Below the pieces are notes generated by a model that ran no database searches, was not told the DNA's origin, and saw only the letters and a list, made by a program, of their open reading frames with translations. Both the position numbers and the translations under genes were made by a program. DNA of 63,340 bases, counting the filler, from Olpidium bornovanus S191 (taxonomy: Eukaryota > Fungi > Olpidiomycota), in the NCBI GenBank assembly GCA_017911155.1. It is 26 parts of 26 records of this genome, joined end to end, with 100 filler letters (N's around TTAATTAATTAA, not from the genome) between each part and the next. Parts side by side here need not be neighbours in the genome. Positions count along the whole stretch, not along the records: positions 1 to 4,355 come from JAEFCI010006045.1; positions 4,456 to 5,749 come from JAEFCI010012945.1; positions 5,850 to 8,337 come from JAEFCI010003781.1; positions 8,438 to 10,508 come from JAEFCI010002234.1; 22 more parts are not named here. The stretch is one strand, 5' to 3'. Of this stretch, positions 1 to 10,608 are shown in pieces (positions within the stretch are counted from its first letter, which is position 1; each line of letters begins with the position of its first letter).

Positions 1-106
1 ATCGCTGTGCCCGATTAGGACGCATCGTTTCCGGTAGTGTCAAGGAAAAATAAACGGAGTTCGGGCACGGCACACGTAAAGAATGATGCGGCAGGTCGTT
101 GTGGGG

Positions 107-703
107 TCAAACCGTTGCATGCAAAACATCCTTCCAAAAATCGACCAGGAAAATTCGCATCAGCGATGACCAAAACTGGACGCGGTCATCCATTGTGCGG
201 TGGCGACGTTTGACGATGGGAGTTCTGCGCTGGCTCAGCCGGCATGGTGGCGGTGAAAGTAATCTCTCGGCGACGTAGATGTGCGGCAAGTTTTCAAATG
301 AGATGTACTCCGCCACGTTTTGAGTTTTGTGGCCGGTTTCATGGAAGTACGGTACATTGGCCAAAAGATGCTGACGGAACACTTCCGTGGACGGAAGAAG
401 TTTGTGGCGTGGCATGAAGTGGGGAGTTCAGGTAATTGCCGACAAGTCCGGTCGCCGTTGCTTCAGCCATTGCGCACGATTTGCCACGATTGCGACCACG
501 TCTACTACGACCATCCTCGCACTATCGGCGGGGTACTGCCCGGATCTCGACTTACCCTTGTCGCTGGCGCTACCGCGGGCGTTGCGAGTGGGCATTACTC
601 TCCATCCCATCCTTGGCGTGGCCGGTAACGCCCGACGTCGACGACGTGCAATGGCCAAGGGCGCATCTGCTGGGCGGCAGCTAACGACGCACGGTGCGTT
701 GGT
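107..703 (-). CDS. Possible exon of an unassigned protein (one in-frame TGA at 428-430)
   Basis: One minus-strand frame is open from 703 to 431 and again from 427 to 107. It is followed by a plausible intron (GTTTGA donor near 112, CTAAT branch point, CACAG acceptor near 5). No family recognised. Confidence 0.25.
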
Positions 704-1354
704 TCAAATTAGAGTTCCTGCAAAGCCTCTCAATAAGATTCAGCAAACACCTGCTGAATCTCAGCAAGCACGACGCCGCGGCGGCCTCGACGCAGGTTTT
801 TCGACCTTGGCGGATAAATCCGCTCGGGTTTTCCCGGGCCCCGCCGCAACCTGTGTATTCGGGAACGGGAATCACGGGGTCTTTTGATACGCGCACATGT
901 CAGATTCAAAACGCGAGGCCTGACGTCCGCCGCGCGCCGCCGGGCCTGATCGCAGCGCGCAAAGGTCAGGACGGCAAATAAGGGCGAGCGGCGGCGGGTG
1001 GTGGGCGGTTCGGGGCGGCCTTTTCCGCCCGCGCTCGCGGTTGACGCGCGTCCCGCGTTCGGCCAATTTGGCCGCGGCACCGGCCGCGCCATCCGCCCAC
1101 ACAACCCGGTGCGATAACGGGGAAGGAAACGCGGGACGCGCGCAATTATTATCTTTTTTTTTTTTTTTTTTTTTGGTTTGTTAACCACACGTCGCCGGGG
1201 GAACAAGCAGAGGGCGCGGGCATTCCGTCAGACGCCGCGCCGCTGCACGGCGAGCCGACGGGACGCCGCAGGGCGTGGAGCATAAGTAGGGAAGACCGGG
1301 CTCCCCGCTCCCTTCCCGCTCCCCGCCCCTTCCCCTGGCTGGGGTTCGCGAAAC

Positions 1355-3109
1355 ATGACCGTGTCCCTCCCGGCCGCCGGCCTCGGCCTGCCGCGCGACT
1401 GCCGCGATGCGGCGCCGGCGCCGAAGAGGGCGGCCGCGGCGAGGAGAAGCGCGTTGCGTTTCGTGTTCCTTGCGGCCGTCCTGTTGTGCCTCGTGGGTCC
1501 ACTCCGCCACGCGCTCCTGCTCACGGGCGACCCCGCGGCGTCGCGGCCGCTGTTCGGTGCCGGCGAGTCGGCCGCGTCGCGCTCGTCAGCGTCCCGCAAC
1601 TTCGTTGCGACCGGAACGCCTGCCGCGGAAGATCGCAGCCGGGCCTACAGTCGACAGCGTCGCCCCGCGGAGGAAGGCCGTTTGCCATCAGGCATCTTCG
1701 TCGGCACCCAGGGCGAGGCAGCGCCGCTCGGCCAAGACGCGGCGGGGGCACCGTCCGCCGCTCAACTCGGCCTAGAGCGAACGGCGGTGGAGGACGGAAG
1801 TCGGCCGGTTGAAGAAAGGGAACGCGCGTCGGACACAACCGGGCTTTTGCCTCAGCCGGCGGGGGGGCTTGCAACTGCTGACGCCGAACTGGAAGACGCC
1901 GGTTTCGGGAAACCCGACTTCTCCGGGTTTCTCGGCGGATCTTGGAACGGCGACCGGCCCGACTGGGATCAGTTTTCGAGGCAAGGGCGCACCAGGTTCT
2001 TCACGGAGCCGATGGCGGAGGTCGCCCCCGAGAGCGCCTCCCGTCAGGCCGCGGACGCGGACACCGCTGCCGGCGATTCTGCTTCCGGCCCCAGGAGGTT
2101 CCCGGGGTCCGGAGGCTCCCTCTCGATGTCGCTGAGGGAGGTCACGTTCATCCTGCCGGAAGTGGAGAGGGACAGCGTGATCGTGCTCACGATGTCGACC
2201 GCCCCGTTCTACGCCTTTTTGAAAAACTGGGAATGCTACGCCCGGCGGATCCTCGGCCGACAGTTCCTCGTACTGACGAACGACGCCGGGTTCGGGGAGG
2301 TGCTGGCGGCAGCAGACGGCTTTCACGTCCTTGTGCAGGAAGGCGCCGGGGGCGGAAACCCACTCCTGGAGTCTGTGAACTTCGGCACGCTGGCCTACCA
2401 GCGGCTGATGCTCTCGCGGACGGAGCTGGTGGCGCAGCTGCTGGGCCTCAACCGGTCGGTGCTCATCGCGGACAACGACGCCGTGTGGATCTCCGACCCG
2501 TTTCCCGCGCTCGCCGCCCACGGCGAGGGCCACATCGTGGCGTCGGACGACGGGGACCGGCAAGCCGGCCGGAGCGTGCTCTGTGGCGGCTTCCTGTTCC
2601 TCCGGCCCTCGCCCCCCGCGCTGCGCGTCTGGTCGGAGGTCCTGATCCGCCACCGCGACTTGGTGCTCAGGGCCGAGAAGCTGCAGCGGCTGGAGCACCG
2701 CACGGAATCCGAGCAGTCCATCCTCAACGACCTCGTCGACGAAGAATTCCGCCGGGCGAGGCTGCTCGACGAAGCCGACGCGGCGGAGGCCGGCACCGAG
2801 CAACGGCAAACGCCGCGGCCACAACCCCTCAGCGTCGTTTACCTCGACCAACGATATTTTCCGTCCGGGCGCCAGTACTTCGGCCGGAAGCAGCAGCGGC
2901 TGCCGCCCGCCGATGACGGCAAGGTGCGACCCATCGTTGTTCACAACAACTGGGTCGTCGGCGGCGAGAAAAAAATCGAGAGGTTCAAGCGCCGCAACCT
3001 CTGGGCCCTTGGAAACTCGTTTCCCCTTGCCCTGCAATTAGGATCCGCGGGCAACGAGGCGCGCAAGGCGACTTGCAGCCTGCCGTCGTACATCCCCGTC
3101 AAACCGTAG
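1355..3109 (+). CDS. Nucleotide-diphospho-sugar transferase (PF03407 / GT77-like), type II membrane protein, single exon
   Basis: 584-aa ORF with N-terminal TM segment (FVFLAAVLLCLVGPL) and a low-complexity stem. Family motifs: FLKNW, VLIADNDAVWISDPF (DxD region), LCGGFLFLRPS, EQSILN, LDQRYFPSG, VHNNWVVGGEKKIERFK. Confidence 0.85.
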   Translation: MTVSLPAAGLGLPRDCRDAAPAPKRAAAARRSALRFVFLAAVLLCLVGPLRHALLLTGDPAASRPLFGAGESAASRSSASRNFVATGTPAAEDRSRAYSRQRRPAEEGRLPSGIFVGTQGEAAPLGQDAAGAPSAAQLGLERTAVEDGSRPVEERERASDTTGLLPQPAGGLATADAELEDAGFGKPDFSGFLGGSWNGDRPDWDQFSRQGRTRFFTEPMAEVAPESASRQAADADTAAGDSASGPRRFPGSGGSLSMSLREVTFILPEVERDSVIVLTMSTAPFYAFLKNWECYARRILGRQFLVLTNDAGFGEVLAAADGFHVLVQEGAGGGNPLLESVNFGTLAYQRLMLSRTELVAQLLGLNRSVLIADNDAVWISDPFPALAAHGEGHIVASDDGDRQAGRSVLCGGFLFLRPSPPALRVWSEVLIRHRDLVLRAEKLQRLEHRTESEQSILNDLVDEEFRRARLLDEADAAEAGTEQRQTPRPQPLSVVYLDQRYFPSGRQYFGRKQQRLPPADDGKVRPIVVHNNWVVGGEKKIERFKRRNLWALGNSFPLALQLGSAGNEARKATCSLPSYIPVKP

Positions 3110-4355
3110 CGCCGCTCGAAACTCTCAAAGCAAGCGACTTTCAGCATTTTGCCCCCCCTCTTCTGCCCGCGCGATTAAATGATAGAATTTCGAAACCACT
3201 GCCGTTCCCCAACGGGGAGCCCGCCATATTTATTTATCGTTTTTTTTTCGTCCATTACGCACACATGTGGTCTGTTCTCCGTTCTTACAGGATAGGCGAT
3301 CCGTTCCCCTCCCTCTCGTTCATTCCGGTTCAAAATTTTCATCCTGTCTTCCGCCGAACCTCGCGTTCGACTCGCGCACAAAACTAATACAAAAGACGCA
3401 GAGGCCGCCGAAAAAGGAAATATCGAGGCCCCGCCACAGCACGCGTAACGTCCGCGCCCCGTCACGAACGACGGGCGCGAGTTCCCGGCCCGAAGCTGTG
3501 TCTCCGGGTGACTCCGCGAAACCCCGCGGCGGGGTGCCGGAGAGTCGGAAGCCTGGGATACCTATCCTTGCCAGGTGCCTCCCAGAACGCTCGCCCCCCG
3601 CGGGCGGTGTTTTCTGTCTCCGCTTTGCATCCAGCACCCTTCGTATCAACGTTGGTCTTCCCACTTTTGATCGTGACCGCCCGACGGCGCTCCCTCGACC
3701 GGAATGCTATTTATTATCATTACATTAAATTAATTACTTTTCAAATTTTCGATCGGACGGCGGCGGCGCAGGACGCAGACGGCGCCGTTGCTGCTCCAAG
3801 TCGGAGCCCTTGCTTAGAAACGTCAAAACATATAATGATCTATATAACCCGACCGGGTTCTGCAGGACAGAGCCCCGTTGCCCAGGGAGCACGACGTGGG
3901 GGTGTTTGACAAGATTCCCCCGCCCCCCTGCCGATTCTTTAGAACCCTAGGAAGGGAAAACAAAAAAAGGCTTTGTCTCCTGGCGTGAAGCGACCAGCGT
4001 TTTGTGGTTGCTAGCCGCGTCCGCACGCATCCTCTGTCGTTTTTCCGTTTTGGTGGCTCCGCCTTTTCTGGGGAATAGGGGAAACTCGAACGCATGGCGT
4101 CCGCTGGATTCTTCACAACAGTTTCAAGTTCCGCTGGGAAGGTCTGGCGGATACCCAGCAAATGACGTGCGAATAATTCGCCGGCCAACCACGCGCCGGC
4201 TCGCGCGCCCTTCAGGCGGGCCCTTTACTTAAGACATGATTACCGTTACGGTTTCGCTCTCTTTTGCTTCCTTTATTTCTTCTTTCTTTGTTTGCTGTTC
4301 TGCTCTTGGGAGGGTGGAGCTGGCTGCGCGGGCTTCTCCCCCACAGGAGCAGCAC

Positions 4356-4455
4356 NNNNNNNNNNNNNNNNNNNNNNNNNNNNNNNNNNNNNNNNNNNNT
4401 TAATTAATTAANNNNNNNNNNNNNNNNNNNNNNNNNNNNNNNNNNNNNNNNNNNN
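4356..4455. other. Artificial contig-joining spacer (N44-TTAATTAATTAA-N44), first of 25
   Basis: Identical 100-nt spacers start at 4356, 5750, 8338, 10509, 12688, 14146, 15733, 17980, 19941, 21816, 28258, 29888, 33843, 36205, 37397, 39971, 41590, 42995, 46198, 48223, 49563, 52392, 54731, 55954 and 57554. TTAATTAATTAA places stops in all six frames. Confidence 0.99.
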
Positions 4456-4821
4456 CATGAGCCTGCTGCGTCCTTTCGCTTCCGGCGGCCTTTTGATTTT
4501 CTGCGCGACGACGCCCCAGGCGGCCCAGTTGGCGTCGGGATCGGCGCCGGGCGCGAACGCGACGCAGTCCTTGGCGTTGACCCGCACCCGCACGTGCAGC
4601 CCGAGGCCGTGGCATCTCGTCACGACAGAAAGCGTGCTGGTCACGCTGTTCATGACAGACGCCAGAGAAAACTTCTGCTTCTTCAGCTTCACATCGGTGG
4701 ACTGGTACATGAGCACGTCCTTGACGATCGTCCCCTGGAAACGCGGGCGTCCGGAAAAAAAGTCGGCGCGCGTTCAGCGTCGCGCGGGGGGCGAAAACAA
4801 CGGGAAAAATAAGTCCCCCCC

Positions 4822-4856
<35 letters not shown>

Positions 4857-5652
4857 TTTTCCGCCCTTTCAAGCGAAAAAAAAGCGTCGCTCCGCGGAAA
4901 GGCGGCGGGTACCGACGACGACGTGAACTTGAGACGCCAGGACCCGGTGCCAATCCCGTATGTTGGGCGCGAACGTCATCTGGTCCAGCACGTCCAGGAT
5001 GCCGCTGATCGCGTGGAGAGGGTTCTGGAGCTCGTGGGAGACGAAGTTCAGCAGGCCGGCCTTCGTCGCGTATTCCCTCTCCGCGTTCAGCTTCGCCGTC
5101 TCCAGCTCCTCGGCGACCGCCCGTTTCGACGTGGTGTCTCGGAACAGGACGATGCACGGGCGCATGCGGGCGGCGCGTTCCGTCAGGCCGCCCAGCGATT
5201 TCCCGTCCGCCGACGTCACGCACTCCGTTCGGATCCCCGAAGCCACCGGCGTTGTGGTGGAGCACCCCCGAGCCGCCGTTCCCTCGCGATCCTCGCGCGC
5301 GGGTCGCGTGCCGCCGCCGTCTCCGCCCTCCAACGCGAGTTCCGTTTCCTCCGAGCTCGCGTACAGCTCGGGGTAGAAACGGGTGCTAAGAAGGCTAATG
5401 TTGGCCTCGGCGGTGATCCGCGCGCCGTCCCTTTGGGTGATCGTGACGTCCGCCATCTCTTCGGAACGGGAGCTCCCCGCCGAGCTGCTCCTCCTGCTGA
5501 ACGAGCAGCCGTCCGGCTCCCAGAACCCCTGCGGGGTGCCCGACGAGACGCGCGTTTTGCCCAGGTCGCACGGCAGATCCTCAAAGAAGTGCCGGAAATG
5601 GCGCTCGTAAAGAGGCACCTCGCGGCACAGGTCAAAATACCCGAAAAGCGAG
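4456..5652 (-). CDS. PAS-domain sensor histidine kinase (internal fragment, 2 exons)
   Basis: PAS/PAC-like segments (SLFGY...; VTITQRDGARITAEANISLL; IVLFRDTTSKRAVAEELETAK) precede the HisKA H-box GLLNFVSHELQNPLHAISG. An intron ending at the TTCCAG acceptor (4735-4736) leads to GTIVKDVLMY...KFSLASVM. Confidence 0.85.
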
Positions 5653-5853
5653 CTGAAAAGGTCCCCGCGGAAATCGGGAAGCGGAGGGCGGGTGGGCGTG
5701 GGGGGGGGGGGGGGGAGGGGGGGGGGGGGGGGGGGGGTGGGGGGCTTGCNNNNNNNNNNNNNNNNNNNNNNNNNNNNNNNNNNNNNNNNNNNNTTAATTA
5801 ATTAANNNNNNNNNNNNNNNNNNNNNNNNNNNNNNNNNNNNNNNNNNNNCATG

Positions 5854-5958
5854 CCTAGACCCTGACCGTTATTCGTGATTTGATTGGCTCCGTCTTATAT
5901 TACGTTACGATATTACGTGCCTGGACCCTGACCGTTATTCGTGATTTGATTGGCTCCG
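5854..5958. repeat. Direct repeat, 2 x 39 bp (38/39 identical), period 66
   Basis: CCTRGACCCTGACCGTTATTCGTGATTTGATTGGCTCCG at 5854-5892 and 5920-5958. Each copy contains ATTGG (reverse CCAAT). Confidence 0.95.
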
Positions 5959-6028
5959 GTTGTCACCAACCATTGTGAGTTCGGTGGTCAGCTGCCACGC
6001 CTCCACTGTCTTCCATATTTTTTTTTTG

Positions 6029-6310
6029 TAGGGCAGAACCGGCCAGACACGGCACAACGCCACCTTCCGGCGGTACCTCCTTCCGACAATCACAAAGTAA
6101 AAAAAGGGAATCTGCCGACCGCTTACAAAAACGAACAAAAAACTACGCCGGCGGCGGAAAAATAAAAAATTCCGCCTGCGCGCGATGCAAGGGTCGAAGG
6201 AAGGAAAGAAGGAAGGAAGGATGGGCGGCAGCGCTCGGTCAGCCGCCACACACCCTCCATACCTTTTCATAGGGCAGAACCTTGCAGACCCGGCACAACG
6301 CCACCTTCCG
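6029..6310. repeat. Diverged direct repeat (about 40-bp core, 2 copies)
   Basis: TAGGGCAGAACC...CAGAC.CGGCACAACGCCACCTTCCG at about 6029-6069 and 6270-6310. Confidence 0.85.
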
Positions 6311-6520
6311 CCGCCACCCCTTCCTTCCGTCTGGCGCCGCAAAAAAAAAAAAACCGCCACGCGACGCCGCCTTCAAGCGCATTAAAATATATCTCGCAGC
6401 AAAAGACATCCTTCAGACTTTGCTTGTGACACGAAGCAAACTTGAAACAAGACAGTTTCCCCACAGGAATTTAAAAACGGCCTTCTTGCACCTAAACGAG
6501 GGCAAAATTATAGCGTTTGT

Positions 6521-6592
6521 GGGTCCCACCGGGGTTCGAACCCGGGCCTCTTGCACCCAAAGCAAGAATCTTGACCACTCGACCATGGGACA
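6521..6592 (-). tRNA. tRNA-Pro, anticodon UGG, intronless, with a U1-C72 mismatch
   Basis: Cloverleaf: TGTCCCA TG GTCG AGTGGTCA AGAT T CTTGC TT-TGG-GT GCAAG AGGC CCGGG TTCGAAC CCCGG TGGGACC C. A and B boxes are intact. A TTTT Pol III terminator lies at 6507-6504 and an AT-rich TATTTATTTAAA element about 20-30 nt upstream. Confidence 0.95.
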
Positions 6593-6680
6593 GAAAATCA
6601 CTGTTGCGTTTAAATAAATAACGAACATGATACGGCAGCACCAAGAAAAGAAAAAAAAATGCGGGCGCGCTATTCGGGCA

Positions 6681-6711
<31 letters not shown>

Positions 6712-7738
6712 AAGAGAGAGATAAGAAAAGAACCGCAAAATCAGGTTATGAGCCCAACTCGCCGACTCCTCTGACCACGACGCAACCTTCATCCAGCGCG
6801 CCGCCGACATCTACGGCCGCGCCCTTCGCCGCAGGACCTTCCTCCACCGCGCCGCACCTTCCCCCGCGTCGCCGCACTTTCCTTCGCGCCGCGCAACCTT
6901 CCTTCGGCCGCCGCGCCGTCGGTCCGCCGTCGCCGAACGCCGAGCCGCCGCGCTGTCACCGTGCCGCGCCGCGGACCCCGTTGCGCCCGTTTTTGTCGAG
7001 TTCCGACCTGTTCGCCATCCGCAGTTATGTGGTGTCAACGCGGCCCATACCAATGACCATGTCCATTCTCTCGCTATTCCCTCCAAACGAAGGAGAGACA
7101 TCTTACGGCTATTTCTGGCGCATAGAGGACATTGCTCATTGCTCGGCTGTCCCACTAGTGTTTCACAAGTCTCTAGAAACTGTCTACAAGTTCTGCTCGA
7201 ATAACCAAAATCAAAAACGACTGGAAAGGAAAACCCTCGCAACGACTGGAAACTTTTCCAGTCGTTTTTGGCATGTTGCGAGGGTTTTTCTCGCGAAACA
7301 TACCTCCGACGGGTCCAAGTGGCCTGGGTTCGCAAAACAGCAAAATTTTCGTCGTCGAATCCACTCTTTTTTCCCTGGTTTTGTTATACATTTCAGGCTG
7401 CATCTCACAGGGGACCGCTAGCTTTTTGGGGGATTTGCAGAGATTGGTTAAACTTGATAGGAAGGTAAATCCACTTTTCAAACCCCTCACAGTACCTGTA
7501 CCACAAGGCCATTTGAGTACTCGAAACTCTAAGCCGGCGGCGAGGCTCCCGGGTCACGCCGGGCCGGTGGCGGTGGCGCGGCAGTTGGTTTTGACTCCGC
7601 CGCTTTCGGCGAGGAGCGGGTTTCCGCAGTCTGCGGAAGGTCAGAAGTTCGGAGCTCTGTAGCGGCCAGCGCAGAGCTTAATTTTGGGTTTGCCGTGGTT
7701 GGCAGCGAAGGCATGGTGTTGCCCCCAAATTGTCAGTT

Positions 7739-8337
7739 TTAAAGCGTGAGTGAAAGGTCGTGCCAATTGATGAGCAGGTTTCGCTCATGCAACCAGGGGG
7801 CCTTGCAAATCAAGTAGTATTGGATTTTGGGTGTCACGATGAAATCATCGACAAAGACCCACGATTGCCCGCATTGGTCAACGAGGGCGACAGCGATCTG
7901 CGTGGCGCCGGTTGAGCTGCTGACGCTGCCATCCGCAAAGTTGAGGCTGGTTTGCGAGTCTTTTTGGGCGAGGCCTTCGGCAATCCGGGAATTTTTCAGG
8001 TTCCCGGTACAGCCACTGTCGATGAGAACTCGCATTTGCATCTCGTTGAGCCGTTCTTGGAGGAGGAGCAGGTCTTCGGCATTACTCGAGGGCTTTGGAG
8101 TCACCGCAGCGTGGGTTACGGTGGCCGTCGGTCCAGGCGCGCCTGCCTCGGGTGGCACACTGGTCGAGTTTGGCGGGGTCATACAGTCGGAGTCCAAAGG
8201 TTTTGGCGACAGGGTCAACGCCGCAGGCGGTGTCGAGAATCTCATCGTCATCTCTAGTTTTTTTTGACTCCTTCCGCATCCTCTTTTTAAAGCAGGCCAA
8301 CGCCTGGTGGTCGGCGTTCCAGGCACGGCAGTACATG
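7739..8337 (-). mobile_element. Decayed Ty3/gypsy retrotransposon: gag C-terminus and aspartic protease
   Basis: Protease: RVLIDSGCTGN...FADGS...FIVTP...YYLICKAPWLHERNLLINW. An upstream frame gives gag-like YCRAWNADHQALACFKKRMRKES and a degenerate zinc knuckle. No RT follows on this contig. Confidence 0.85.
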
Positions 8338-8723
8338 NNNNNNNNNNNNNNNNNNNNNNNNNNNNNNNNNNNNNNNNNNNNTTAATTAATTAANNNNNNN
8401 NNNNNNNNNNNNNNNNNNNNNNNNNNNNNNNNNNNNNGGATGGACCTAACCGCCGACCCTAACCGCCCGCGGCTTCTAACCTTAACCTCCAGCAGCTCTG
8501 GTTGATATTATTATTGTGGGTTCCCGGCGGTTCGGTATGCCAATACTCAGAGTACATGGCAGTAACGGGTTGGTATTTGTGAGAGAAGGAAAAGAGCCAG
8601 CGAAGCCAGCAACGGGGGTACTGGCCGAGCCGCCAGGGTTGTTGCCGGGCCGGCGCTTGCCCAATGTCTGGCCCCTAGTTGTGAGCATAGGCTCGTGCCC
8701 GCCCCGAGCACTGCTGCAACAGC

Positions 8724-10080
8724 GGACCCGGCCTGACCCAGACCTGTTTAATCCGGTGGCGCGGGCCCGGCCCGGATTGGCCCGGCTTAAATCTTATGCC
8801 AGAATCAAAAGCGCGCTTATACCATTCATCGGCCTTGTTTGTAAAGCGGCCTTGTTTATAATGTCTGTAAAAAAAATCCAAGTCGTTCCCACTCTAAGCT
8901 TAAAAATCGATTTTATCTCGTTCGCACAATTTTTGCACGTCATTGCGGATTTATTCAGGCGGCTGGAATAAGAAACCCCCCAGGCGGCGCAAAAAAAAAA
9001 AAAAAAAAAAACTAAACGCATCCTGAAAAATTCGAAAATGGATTTATCTCTTTGACGTCCGGAATGATATTTTATCCTATCAAGTGTAGCTTGCGAATTT
9101 ATCTTGCGGGGCCACCCGAATTTTATATTGCCAGCTTTCGCCAGCGCGTTACTGCTTCGAAGAATCCATCCGGCCGCTCGCAATTCTTTTCCGCAGCGGG
9201 GGCGACTGATGGTGGCGTGACCGATGGCAGTCGTGCCCTCGGCGGGGCAAGGGATAGCCCCGGGAGAAAAGGCGTGCCCTCTGTTTGGGGAGCTATACGC
9301 GTTGCCACCGGGGTGGGGGGGGGAAGGTGTCTGTCTGTCCGTCTGTCTGTCTGCGCGTTTGGAGAATTGCGCGTCCGGAACGTGAGTTGCGTTGCGCCCG
9401 GTTTGCTCGGCTCTACCCCTGTGAATGGGTTCTGCCGGGGGGAACCGGCCTGGGAAAAGGCTCTCCCCTCGGCACCAGCGGCCGCCCCCGCGGAGCGGTC
9501 CCTCCACCAATGGCCGTCGAGGGTGGGGGGGGGGCAACTTTCCACATCGGAAAAAATATCAAGCAAATTCTAAACCACAACCCGCCCTTCTGACAGACTA
9601 CTGCCTTTCTGCGGGTGTCCTGCAACTGCCGGCCGCCTCGCGAGACGGGAGGTCGACGACTCCGCGAGGTCTGTGAAGCCGCAGACGCGGGAAAGAAGAG
9701 GCTCGGGCCGATTTTCCTTCAAATCGTCCTTGTCAAAAGGACGAGCTTTGAAATCATTCTTGAACATCCTAACACCTTCAAAAACCTTGTCATTCTCTCC
9801 TTTGTTTCAAAACACAGATTTAATTCCGCTTTTTTTCTGGCTTTTCAGCATTAGACACCTCAAGTTTGCGTTTGGGAGATGCAGACCCAGAAGCGATAGT
9901 TAAGGTGCCCAGGCCCCCGCACAACGTAACAAATGGGACTTCAAAGGAAGCCCAGGCCCGGCCCAAAAGAAAGCAGATTTGCCGTTAAATGAGGGCCAGG
10001 CCCGGCCCGTGGGCCTAAAACCCAGGCCCCGGACCCGGCCCATGCCGGGACGGGTCCTGGCCGGCTTGTGGGCCGCCCAG
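8724..10080. repeat. Two clusters of GGCCCGGCCC-type motifs (possible DNA-transposon subterminal repeats)
   Basis: Dense GGCCCG/GGCCCA motifs at about 8724-8790 and 9905-10080. I found no terminal inverted repeat, TSD or transposase. Confidence 0.35.
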
Positions 10081-10608
10081 GTCGTCGACAGGCATATGGG
10101 CGACATTTCCCTTTTAGTGGTTTGTGTTGGGGCTTTTTGTGACTGCGATGGGGACGCGGCCCCGAACGCCGCGCGCCCGCCGAAATCCGAGGCAGATCAA
10201 TCACGTGACTGCCGAGCGCATCCTTACAGCAAGCGTGGACTGTACGAAGAAGTAAGCCGACTTTGCGGCGGACCCCAATTGCCGAGTTTCATGTCGACGA
10301 AATGCTGTGCGAAGCACGCAGCCGGCCTGCGGGACTCGCAGGGACGAGCCTGTCGCTGGTCCCCAGGGTTCCACTCACCCAACACCCCCCCCCTTCCCCC
10401 GCCCCCCTCCGCCAACCCGGCAACGCGCGTTGGGAAGGAGCGTCACCATTCTTTGCACGGGGGTTAGACGTGTTTTGTATGGGGTTCTTGCTATCGGGCT
10501 TTCGCCCANNNNNNNNNNNNNNNNNNNNNNNNNNNNNNNNNNNNNNNNNNNNTTAATTAATTAANNNNNNNNNNNNNNNNNNNNNNNNNNNNNNNNNNNN
10601 NNNNNNNN

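Noticed and set aside
1772-3037. Long antisense ORFs (also 50784-51794, 50771-52327, 26497-27330 and others)
   Set aside because: These are shadow frames of GC-rich coding sequence with no recognisable motifs, and the opposite frame has a clear family match.
4400-4411. Recurring TTAATTAATTAA palindrome at regular context
   Set aside because: Always centred in 88 Ns. It is an artificial six-frame-stop linker, not biology.
6592-7739. Ty3-like targeting of the gypsy remnant to the tRNA gene
   Set aside because: The element is more than 1.1 kb from the tRNA 5' end and no LTR boundary is visible near the Pol III start.
8445-8487. CCTAACC/CTAACC telomere-like hexamers at a contig start
   Set aside because: Only four scattered imperfect units, not a tandem array. 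This is insufficient to call a telomere.
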